The position numbers and the translations under genes are program-made. A DNA stretch of 64,000 nucleotides from a virus (Duplodnaviria; Caudoviricetes), in the IMG/VR virus record IMGVR_UViG_3300017909_004107, positions 56,974-120,973 of that record; one strand, given 5' to 3'. Shown piece by piece: positions 8,430 through 14,913 of the stretch (position 1 is the stretch's first letter; each line of letters starts with the position of its first letter). Under the pieces are notes generated by a model. The model was not told where the DNA came from. It was given only the letters and a program-made list of their open reading frames with translations, and searched no databases.

Positions 8430-9214
8430 AACTCAACACAATTACAAACTCAGACTGTTTGAAGTATCTAAAGAAACTACCAGACAACTCAGTTGATCTC
8501 GTATTGACTGACCCGCCATACTTCATAGGATTTGACGGTGGTAAGGGTTGGGATAGTCAATGGAAGAGTGACAGGGAGTACATTCAATGGTGTATAGAGT
8601 GGACTAAGGAGTGTGTCAGGGTACTCAAGGACGAGCGTATGCTCGTTGTATGGGGTACTCTCAAGACTGAAGCGTTCTTGCTATACAAACTAGCACTCAA
8701 TCGTATGGAAGGTATCAAACCACAGAATGAGATCATTTGGTCTTATAACTGGGGTGGTAGGTCTAAGGATAACTTTGCTCGTAAACATGAGTATGCTTGG
8801 TGCTATTCGACAGGTGATAAATTTTTATTCAACGGTGATGATGTAAGAATTGATCGTAAGATGAATACTAACATAAGAACTGGATTACAGCATACAAAGG
8901 GAACTATACCAACATGTGTATGGGAGAAGAACAATCACACAACCAGTAAGGACTATATCGGTTGGCATGCTACAACTAAGAACATTGATATACTGTCAAG
9001 AATAATCAAGGCATATACAAATGTCAATGATGTGGTTCTGGACTGTTTCATGGGTTCTGGAAGTACAGCAGTTGCAAGTATCAGGACTGGACGTAACTTC
9101 ATAGGGTGTGAAAGAGATAAAGAATACTACACAAAGGCAAAGAAACGTATTTGTGACAGTCAAAAAAGTGACACTAAAAACTTGTCTAAGGCAAGTCTAG
9201 CGTCTATACTATAG
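8426..9214 (+). CDS. beta-class N6-adenine/N4-cytosine DNA methyltransferase
   Basis: DCL...SVDLVLTDPPY before VLDCFMGSGST...FIGCE; AGAGG SD; ATGA overlap. Confidence 0.92.
   Translation: MKLNTITNSDCLKYLKKLPDNSVDLVLTDPPYFIGFDGGKGWDSQWKSDREYIQWCIEWTKECVRVLKDERMLVVWGTLKTEAFLLYKLALNRMEGIKPQNEIIWSYNWGGRSKDNFARKHEYAWCYSTGDKFLFNGDDVRIDRKMNTNIRTGLQHTKGTIPTCVWEKNNHTTSKDYIGWHATTKNIDILSRIIKAYTNVNDVVLDCFMGSGSTAVASIRTGRNFIGCERDKEYYTKAKKRICDSQKSDTKNLSKASLASIL
9153..9210 (+). promoter_or_regulatory. palindrome-type early promoter
   Basis: GTGACAGT-CAAAAA-AGTGACAC, 30 nt, TATACT 9205; TTGTCT-17 spacer. Confidence 0.75.
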
Positions 9215-9235
9215 ACATGTACAGGAGTTACACCT

Positions 9236-9376
9236 ATGAGACAATTCACAGTTTCAGCACTTCTTGAAGGATATAGGGTGGAAGAGACTGTAACAGCAGT
9301 TTCTATTCATCATGCTATCAGAATCATGAAGGCAAAGTATGGCAATTCTGCTAGAAACATTTACGTCCTAAACTAA
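9236..9376 (+). CDS. 46-aa early protein (not in ORF track)
   Basis: AGGAG SD; MRQFTVSALLEGYRVEETVTAV... Confidence 0.65.
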   Translation: MRQFTVSALLEGYRVEETVTAVSIHHAIRIMKAKYGNSARNIYVLN

Positions 9377-9384
9377 TCAATCAA

Positions 9385-9606
9385 ATGAACAGAACTAAAC
9401 AACAACTTCAGAGAGACATTCAATTCTGCAGAAATGTCTTAGGTCTTACTGACGAGCAAACCGATCAAATGATTATGGTCTGCGACAAATTGAAAATAGG
9501 TGCAGAGTATTTCTCAGAGGAATTCGTATTCGAGGGAGACGGTATTCAATCTATTATCAGACTCAATGACCCTGACTATCTCAAAATCACATGGAGACTA
9601 GAATGA
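9385..9606 (+). CDS. small early hypothetical protein
   Basis: ATCAATCAAATG start context. Confidence 0.7.
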   Translation: MNRTKQQLQRDIQFCRNVLGLTDEQTDQMIMVCDKLKIGAEYFSEEFVFEGDGIQSIIRLNDPDYLKITWRLE

Positions 9607-9794
9607 AACTAGACATCAACAAAGAGGAACAGCAAATCTTATTAGATGCTATGATGTTCTACTTCACATTCTACTATTACAATACAAAAGGTCATACAAC
9701 AGACAACCTCGTTGACCAGTATAGTGTATGGTATGAGAAACTCACTCGTCAAGAGACAAAATCAATTTTTGAAAAGGTATTTCATGGAACTTAG
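9603..9794 (+). CDS. small early hypothetical protein
   Basis: ATGA overlap with the previous gene. Confidence 0.6.
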   Translation: MKLDINKEEQQILLDAMMFYFTFYYYNTKGHTTDNLVDQYSVWYEKLTRQETKSIFEKVFHGT

Positions 9795-9805
9795 AAAAGA
9801 TAGCT

Positions 9806-9866
9806 AGGTCAATTCAAAGACTGACACACAATCGGTTGCTATTCTATTGTAACCGATTATTATAAT
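9806..9866 (+). promoter_or_regulatory. palindrome-type early promoter with stem-loop
   Basis: AGGTCAAT-TCAAAG-ACTGACAC; TATTAT 9858/TATAAT 9861; AATCGGTT/AACCGATT inverted repeat; (CAAT)3 leader. Confidence 0.7.
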
Positions 9867-9886
9867 ACTATAGCAATCAATCAATC

Positions 9887-10138
9887 ATGGCAATGACACC
9901 TCGACAATTCATGGAAGAAGTTTACGAGATAGCGTATGGCGATCAAGCATACTATCGTGGTTTCTTTCCAGAAGAAGTGCTAGAAACACTCAGAGAATTT
10001 TCAGATAATGCTCTCAAGGTCGAAGAGTTGAGTCTAGAACCCGAACAGTATGAAGACATGGATAGGCAACTCGAAGAGTCTTACCGCAGAGGATACATGG
10101 ACGGTCGTAAATTTGCATTACAGCAACAAGAATCATGA
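9887..10138 (+). CDS. small acidic early protein
   Basis: 83 aa, E/D-rich; (AATC)n leader. Confidence 0.7.
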   Translation: MAMTPRQFMEEVYEIAYGDQAYYRGFFPEEVLETLREFSDNALKVEELSLEPEQYEDMDRQLEESYRRGYMDGRKFALQQQES

Positions 10139-10326
10139 AACAGTACACTATTACAGCAATCAAAGAGTATGAATACACTAAGACAGTTTTCGCTGAAAAC
10201 CTCGTTGATGCACATGTCAAGGCATTTGAGAAACCAGAAGACCCAGAGGACGATTGGCAACTTATTACTGACCCTGACTATGATGACCACAACCCTTACA
10301 ACATTTCACTAATTGAGGAATCATGA
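10135..10326 (+). CDS. small acidic early protein
   Basis: ATGA-coupled, 63 aa. Confidence 0.65.
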   Translation: MKQYTITAIKEYEYTKTVFAENLVDAHVKAFEKPEDPEDDWQLITDPDYDDHNPYNISLIEES

Positions 10327-10475
10327 CTCTACCATTGAAAACAGTCACTTACACATTTGATGAACTACACGCTTTTAGCGAACACGTTACTTGGTGCATC
10401 ATGGAACAAGATCAACCAGTAGATGACAACCTACAATCGTTTATCGACAAAACTTTATACGATAATCAATTATGA
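10323..10475 (+). CDS. 50-aa early protein (not in ORF track)
   Basis: ATGA-coupled ORF MTLPLKTVTYTFDELHAF... Confidence 0.6.
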   Translation: MTLPLKTVTYTFDELHAFSEHVTWCIMEQDQPVDDNLQSFIDKTLYDNQL

Positions 10476-10642
10476 AAGTCTACACTCTACTATTGACAGA
10501 AGGCGAGATCAATTCGTTGAAAGATCGTCTTGAGTCAGACAACTACGTCAATTATGACAATGATCTCAAATCAGTAGTTGAAAAGATCGGGTATTTCTTT
10601 GAACCCGAAAACACTTACAATGACATTCCTGAGAGGTATTGA
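10472..10642 (+). CDS. 56-aa acidic early protein (not in ORF track)
   Basis: ATGA-coupled ORF MKVYTLLLTEGEINSLKD... Confidence 0.6.
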   Translation: MKVYTLLLTEGEINSLKDRLESDNYVNYDNDLKSVVEKIGYFFEPENTYNDIPERY

Positions 10643-10644
10643 AC

Positions 10645-10866
10645 ATGGACAAACTAACTAAAGAACAATTTGACACACTCAAAGAGTTATATGTTGAAAG
10701 ACTCGTTGATAATATGTCAACAAAAGACCTCGTGAATTATGTTATGACTGACTTATCAGAGTGGGTTGACGGTCTCGGATATACTGAAGCAATGAATGAA
10801 TTTGAGAACTACTGGCAAGAATACTTCACAGATACGATAAATGAGGTGCTAGAGGGTCAGATATAA
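10645..10866 (+). CDS. small acidic helical early protein
   Basis: GAGG SD-like sequence; LKELYVERLVDNMSTKDLVNYV. Confidence 0.7.
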   Translation: MDKLTKEQFDTLKELYVERLVDNMSTKDLVNYVMTDLSEWVDGLGYTEAMNEFENYWQEYFTDTINEVLEGQI

Positions 10867-10911
10867 AAGTGTCATCATATCGTTGACTTATAGTATCATA
10901 ACGTTTATTAT
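10854..10911 (+). promoter_or_regulatory. palindrome-type early promoter
   Basis: GGGTCAGA-TATAAA-AGTGTCAT, 30 nt, TATTAT 10906; TTGACT-17 spacer. Confidence 0.7.
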
Positions 10912-10932
10912 AAGAGTAATTCAATCAATCAC

Positions 10933-11235
10933 ATGAACTCAGGAACAGCAGAAAGAGATCTAAACCAAGAACTCAAAGATTTTATCGATTATGTTTTTTC
11001 GTTTTATGGAGACGTTGACCCTGTTTATCCTATGAGAAAAGTTATTGGAGACGCTCCACTCAATAAGAGTGATATTCTAGATGCTACCTATGACTACCTA
11101 TCAGCAATTTCTAAGAGAAATTCTGAGACTTACACATGGGGCGAGGGCGATAGTCTTGATCGTGAAAGAGTGAGAGATATTCTATTACAGAATTACGATT
11201 TCTACCTCGTTCATTTACAGCATGGTAACATTTGA
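10933..11235 (+). CDS. early hypothetical protein
   Basis: 100 aa; FIDYVFSFYG...GDSLDRERVRD; (AATC)n leader. Confidence 0.75.
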   Translation: MNSGTAERDLNQELKDFIDYVFSFYGDVDPVYPMRKVIGDAPLNKSDILDATYDYLSAISKRNSETYTWGEGDSLDRERVRDILLQNYDFYLVHLQHGNI

Positions 11236-11295
11236 TACCATAGCAGAAATTCGTTGAAATTGGTAGTTGACATACTCAAGACTACCATATAATAT
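11225..11295 (+). promoter_or_regulatory. sigma70 promoter in a stem-loop with an upstream GTA-N8-TAC site
   Basis: GTAACATTTGATAC 11225-11238; TTGACA 11267; TATAAT 11288/TAATAT 11290; TGGTAGT/ACTACCA inverted repeat. Confidence 0.7.
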
Positions 11296-11321
11296 AAAAG
11301 TAATCAATCAATCAAACAATC

Positions 11322-11537
11322 ATGGCAAAAACAAAACTAATCACAGTTGACGGATTCACACTAGATGAGCGTTACAGAGTCAGTTTACAATGGTGCGGTC
11401 ACGCTTATCCATTATGGGTTGCAACATTTTGTGATGATGAGATTCTAGGGTGGTATAAAACTGAAGATGAAGCGAAAACCGCATGCCTAGTTTATAGAAA
11501 ATCTCAAGTCAAGTCACTCAATTTTACTTGGGACTAA
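11322..11537 (+). CDS. small early hypothetical protein
   Basis: 71 aa; (AATC)n leader. Confidence 0.7.
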   Translation: MAKTKLITVDGFTLDERYRVSLQWCGHAYPLWVATFCDDEILGWYKTEDEAKTACLVYRKSQVKSLNFTWD

Positions 11538-11549
11538 TCAATTTCGATT

Positions 11550-11610
11550 ATGGTATCATTTGATACAACATTATGATACCATAACCATTATAATAGAAAC
11601 ATCAATCAAT
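11550..11610 (+). repeat. ~61-bp direct repeat, copy 1 (copy 2 at 12202-12262)
   Basis: ATGGTATCAwwTGATACAACATTATGATACCATAACCAyTATAATAGAAACATCAATCAAT; 3 mismatches between copies. Confidence 0.9.
11553..11594 (+). promoter_or_regulatory. NtcA-type promoter
   Basis: GTA-TCATTTGA-TAC, exactly 22 nt, TATAAT. Confidence 0.8.
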
Positions 11611-11619
11611 TCAAAAACT

Positions 11620-11787
11620 ATGATCCAATTAGGCATGTATGTAAATCACAAAATCCATGATGATCTCAACGGAAGTGAGGTTATATTATTGGATAGAGTG
11701 ACTAATACCGCAGTCATAAAAAACTGGTTCGACGAATTTGATTTTCAGACTATAGAAGTATTTTTATCAGATTTGGAAATGGTATAA
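11620..11787 (+). CDS. 55-aa early protein
   Basis: Start reassigned to the ATG downstream of the promoter and leader. Confidence 0.65.
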   Translation: MIQLGMYVNHKIHDDLNGSEVILLDRVTNTAVIKNWFDEFDFQTIEVFLSDLEMV

Positions 11788-11823
11788 TCTGATACAACAC
11801 AATAATACAATACCCACTATAAT
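11782..11823 (+). promoter_or_regulatory. NtcA-type promoter
   Basis: GTA-TAATCTGA-TAC, 22 nt, TATAAT 11818; AGAAAC(ATCA)5 leader. Confidence 0.8.
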
Positions 11824-11851
11824 AGAAACATCAATCAATCAATCAATCACT

Positions 11852-12193
11852 ATGGACGCTTATCAAAAAAGAATTCTCTACGCTATCAACAAAAGAGAAT
11901 CATGCAGTCTAAGAAATCACGTTACAGTATGGAACAGTTATCATACAGGCAACGAATTTACAAGTGCTATCAGAGTACAAAACAAGACAGTTGCAACTGT
12001 TCACTATAAACTTAGTCATGATGACCTATCTGTCAACATACATGGGGGAACATCAAAAGATTTTGATGATATGATGAAAAATGATAAATGGGAGATCGAA
12101 GAGTTATTTGTAAATGAGCAGGCAGTTCAACGTTGTTTAGGTACTCAGGCAAGAAGAGTTGTAAATTTCTTGAATCAGGCACTTTTTACCTAA
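11852..12193 (+). CDS. early hypothetical protein
   Basis: 113 aa. Confidence 0.75.
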   Translation: MDAYQKRILYAINKRESCSLRNHVTVWNSYHTGNEFTSAIRVQNKTVATVHYKLSHDDLSVNIHGGTSKDFDDMMKNDKWEIEELFVNEQAVQRCLGTQARRVVNFLNQALFT

Positions 12194-12204
12194 TTTCTAA
12201 AATG

Positions 12205-12246
12205 GTATCAAATGATACAACATTATGATACCATAACCACTATAAT
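12205..12246 (+). promoter_or_regulatory. NtcA-type promoter (within repeat copy 2)
   Basis: GTA-TCAAATGA-TAC, 22 nt, TATAAT 12241. Confidence 0.8.
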
Positions 12247-12269
12247 AGAAACATCAATCAATCATTATT

Positions 12270-12419
12270 ATGTTTGTAATTTACACCAGTCCAGTCAAAT
12301 TTACGACTGACGAAAATCACGCTCGCATTATTGCTGAAGATCACTTTCAGCAAACTCGCGAAATAGTTGCTATCGAAGAAATCGATACAACAAAAGAATT
12401 TTATACAACATCACTATAG
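12270..12419 (+). CDS. 49-aa early protein (not in ORF track)
   Basis: MFVIYTSPVKFTTDENHARIIAE... directly after the (AATC)n leader. Confidence 0.65.
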   Translation: MFVIYTSPVKFTTDENHARIIAEDHFQQTREIVAIEEIDTTKEFYTTSL

Positions 12420-12431
12420 GAGGTTTTTACA

Positions 12432-12611
12432 ATGTCAGTTTTACATCATGAGGGCATACTTGAAACTTGTTTTGAAGATGCTTATGAGTCTTTCAGAATC
12501 GAAAACAATTATACAATTTCAGAAATGGAAGATTTGTATATTGAGAATCAAAACCTTAGAATGAGACTAGAAGAAGTTGCTACACAGTTATTTGAGGATA
12601 AATGCCAGTAA
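12432..12611 (+). CDS. 59-aa acidic early protein (not in ORF track)
   Basis: AGGAGG SD; MSVLHHEGILETCFEDAYE...LFEDKCQ. Confidence 0.7.
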   Translation: MSVLHHEGILETCFEDAYESFRIENNYTISEMEDLYIENQNLRMRLEEVATQLFEDKCQ

Positions 12612-12796
12612 CTAACCAATTCTATAAATCATTCTCTCAAATCGGAATAGGGGATAAAGTCAAGTATCTCACAATAGATTATCAGGTTATCATGAGATTT
12701 GACACTAATGAATGTGTTGTATTACATAATGATCTAGGCAATATTTCAACCTATAACTGGGAAGAACTTGAAATAATTGACCTAATGAATGAGTAA
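12602..12796 (+). CDS. small early protein
   Basis: 64 aa; IGIGDKVKY SH3-like start. Confidence 0.6.
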   Translation: MPVTNQFYKSFSQIGIGDKVKYLTIDYQVIMRFDTNECVVLHNDLGNISTYNWEELEIIDLMNE

Positions 12797-12834
12797 CTCA
12801 TATTTTACTTGTTTAGAGAGTCGAAAGAAATTTA

Positions 12835-12862
12835 TTGACATTCGACTCTTATCCACTATAAT
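12835..12862 (+). promoter_or_regulatory. sigma70 promoter in a stem-loop
   Basis: TTGACA-16-TATAAT; AGAGTCGAA/TTCGACTCT flanks the -35. Confidence 0.8.
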
Positions 12863-12887
12863 GTAAGTAAATCAATCAATCACTCAA

Positions 12888-13100
12888 ATGTTCACAAAAA
12901 CAACTAAGTCTCAAGCGATCGAACAATTCAAGTATAATTGGAAGGTTTACACGCTAAGATGCAAACGTGAAGGTTTACCAGTCACAAAACTAGCAAAAGT
13001 TTTTGCATGGAATGATTATACTGAATTTCTTGCAAGTGATGGATACATTACTGAATGGCAAAGAGCAAACTGGACAAATCCCTACGAATATCGAAATTAG
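12888..13100 (+). CDS. small early protein
   Basis: 70 aa; AWNDYTEFLASDGYITEWQ...WTNP. Confidence 0.75.
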   Translation: MFTKTTKSQAIEQFKYNWKVYTLRCKREGLPVTKLAKVFAWNDYTEFLASDGYITEWQRANWTNPYEYRN

Positions 13101-13141
13101 TATCGAATGATACTAGACAAACGTCCAGAATCCACTATAAT
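13100..13141 (+). promoter_or_regulatory. NtcA-type promoter
   Basis: GTA-TCGAATGA-TAC, 22 nt, TATAAT 13136; (CAAT)5 leader. Confidence 0.8.
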
Positions 13142-13172
13142 AACAGTATAGCAATCAATCAATCAATCAATC

Positions 13173-13514
13173 ATGACAACACTAAAATCAATTCTACTCG
13201 ACGCAATCAATCAAGACTTAGAATCAAGCGATTACTCTAACAATGCTATACTCGATAATACTGACTCTAAAAACTGGTCAGACTCAGATAAATTTGAATG
13301 GTGCTTCGATCGCTACATGATCGAGGTAGGTGGTTATGAAAGTCTAGAATATTGGTTTTCAGGTTTAGCACTTAGTGGAATTCCATTTACATATTATGAG
13401 ATCGGAAAGTTAGGATTCAATACTGATACATTCTTTCAAGATTTATCTGACGAATTGCAGAGAATTACAGGATACAGCGATAGAAAAGCATATAAGAGAA
13501 AGTTGAGAGCATAA
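13173..13514 (+). CDS. acidic early protein
   Basis: 113 aa. Confidence 0.75.
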   Translation: MTTLKSILLDAINQDLESSDYSNNAILDNTDSKNWSDSDKFEWCFDRYMIEVGGYESLEYWFSGLALSGIPFTYYEIGKLGFNTDTFFQDLSDELQRITGYSDRKAYKRKLRA

Positions 13515-13524
13515 AAAAAGATAT

Positions 13525-13563
13525 AGGGAACTGGTTGACAGTTCCCTTTTTTTCCCTTATAAT
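13525..13563 (+). promoter_or_regulatory. overlapping terminator-like hairpin and perfect sigma70 promoter
   Basis: AGGGAACTG-gttga-CAGTTCCCT followed by a T-run; TTGACA(13535)-17-TATAAT(13558). Confidence 0.85.
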
Positions 13564-13591
13564 AAAGTATATCAATCAATCAATCAAAAAA

Positions 13592-14047
13592 ATGGAATTC
13601 AATCTTACTGAACTTACAAACAAGTCTTATATCTGGAGTACATTTTCAAAAGTGTCTCAAGATACATCTCTCATCATGAGAATGAATTGCACACAAAAGA
13701 GTGGTAACACAGAAACAAGAGTCAGGCAAGACGGTAGTCGTATTGTAGACGTATTTCTACATGGTAACCTCATCTGTTCATACAATCCTACAAACTACGA
13801 TAATCAGAAAGTCAAATTATTCTCAGCAGGTTACTACACAAAAACAACAAAAGAACGACTCAATGCAATTTTACACTTACATACGAATGGTAAGGTTAGA
13901 ATCGTACAAGTTAGAGGTAAGTGGATAGTCAGAGATTCAAATACTGGTGCAGAGATCAATTTCTACGACGGCATGGTAGTATTTCAAAAACCTCTAACAC
14001 TAGCAGATATTGAGGAAACAAAACAATTAGAATTTATACCAGTATAG
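13592..14047 (+). CDS. early hypothetical protein
   Basis: Start reassigned after the (ATCA)4 leader; VFLHGNLI...TTKERLNAIL. Confidence 0.75.
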   Translation: MEFNLTELTNKSYIWSTFSKVSQDTSLIMRMNCTQKSGNTETRVRQDGSRIVDVFLHGNLICSYNPTNYDNQKVKLFSAGYYTKTTKERLNAILHLHTNGKVRIVQVRGKWIVRDSNTGAEINFYDGMVVFQKPLTLADIEETKQLEFIPV

Positions 14048-14049
14048 GG

Positions 14050-14078
14050 TTGACATACTCACATATAACCCTTATAAT
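14050..14078 (+). promoter_or_regulatory. perfect sigma70 promoter in a stem-loop
   Basis: TTGACA-17-TATAAT; AGGGTT/AACCCT inverted repeat. Confidence 0.85.
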
Positions 14079-14107
14079 AAAGTATATCAATCAATCACTA
14101 ATCAATC

Positions 14108-14374
14108 ATGAATTTATTTGATGCAGTTCCAGTAGTAGTCAAAGAAAGATACGACGGTTATGTAGTAGGCGATTCTATTTCAACTAAAGACTTTCAATCA
14201 ACTATGAATGAGGTTATCGACCGTTGCGAAAACTTTACAAGAGAAACACTTGACTCACAGACATACATGCAAATTAGGAGAATGGTCAGTAATGCTATCG
14301 ACCTATTGCTACATGATAGGAGGACATTCGACAGCATGATGACTGACATACTTATAGATGATTTATGGAGTTAG
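14108..14374 (+). CDS. small acidic early protein
   Basis: 88 aa; (AATC)n leader. Confidence 0.7.
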   Translation: MNLFDAVPVVVKERYDGYVVGDSISTKDFQSTMNEVIDRCENFTRETLDSQTYMQIRRMVSNAIDLLLHDRRTFDSMMTDILIDDLWS

Positions 14375-14625
14375 GAGGGCGTTACGCAAAATGAAAGAAA
14401 TATCATTATAAATCTAAAAGTGTTATTTCTTTCATTCTCTTAGCGGTCATCTTATAAAAGTCAACCAAACTTCACAAAATCCACACAATTCTCCCAGATT
14501 CGTGATTATGACAGTATCGTGTAATTTTTCGTTTATTGAATCGTCCTTACATCATCGTCCACACTTTGAGACAGTTATGCAGGATTTTGAAAAAAGCAAA
14601 TTGTTACATAATCCAAACAAAAGGG

Positions 14626-14654
14626 TTGACAGTATGACAAACACGCATTATAAT
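14626..14654 (+). promoter_or_regulatory. perfect sigma70 promoter with no downstream ORF
   Basis: TTGACA-17-TATAAT. Confidence 0.8.
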
Positions 14655-14659
14655 AAAGG

Positions 14660-14900
14660 CATGGGAAGGAGGTTTTAGTTAGCACTGGCAAACAGTTAGG
14701 ATAAACCACCCGACCAACTCACACGATACCCGAAGCGAGGGGAATCGAATCAGACAGTTATAAACAGTTCTGGGCGGTTCTCCCCGTTTTTTTATGGGGG
14801 GCGGTGCCCGTTATTAAAACAATGGGTCCTTCTAACCTACAAACGTTTCCAGACGCGAGAGTGATATCGACTTTCAGTTACATCAAATATCAAAATTTTT
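14660..14900 (+). ncRNA. candidate non-coding transcript / origin-associated RNA
   Basis: No ORF; locally GC-rich; hairpin GGGC..CTCCCC-GTTTTTTTAT-GGGGGG..GCCC at 14772-14809; boundaries approximate. Confidence 0.4.
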
Positions 14901-14913
14901 TTCGGATATAAAA

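Noticed and set aside
11560-11619. Track starts at 11560 (likewise 3649, 7502, 7881, 8396, 13535)
   Set aside because: These N-termini run through promoter/leader DNA or upstream genes; downstream ATGs fit better.
12367-12564. 65-aa ORF in the track
   Set aside because: Overlaps better-supported ORFs 12270-12419 and 12432-12611, which have a leader or SD.
11550-14107. Repeats separated by unique sequence, suggestive of a CRISPR array
   Set aside because: The repeats are degenerate promoter/leader units; the intervals are 200-900 bp and protein-coding; no cas genes.
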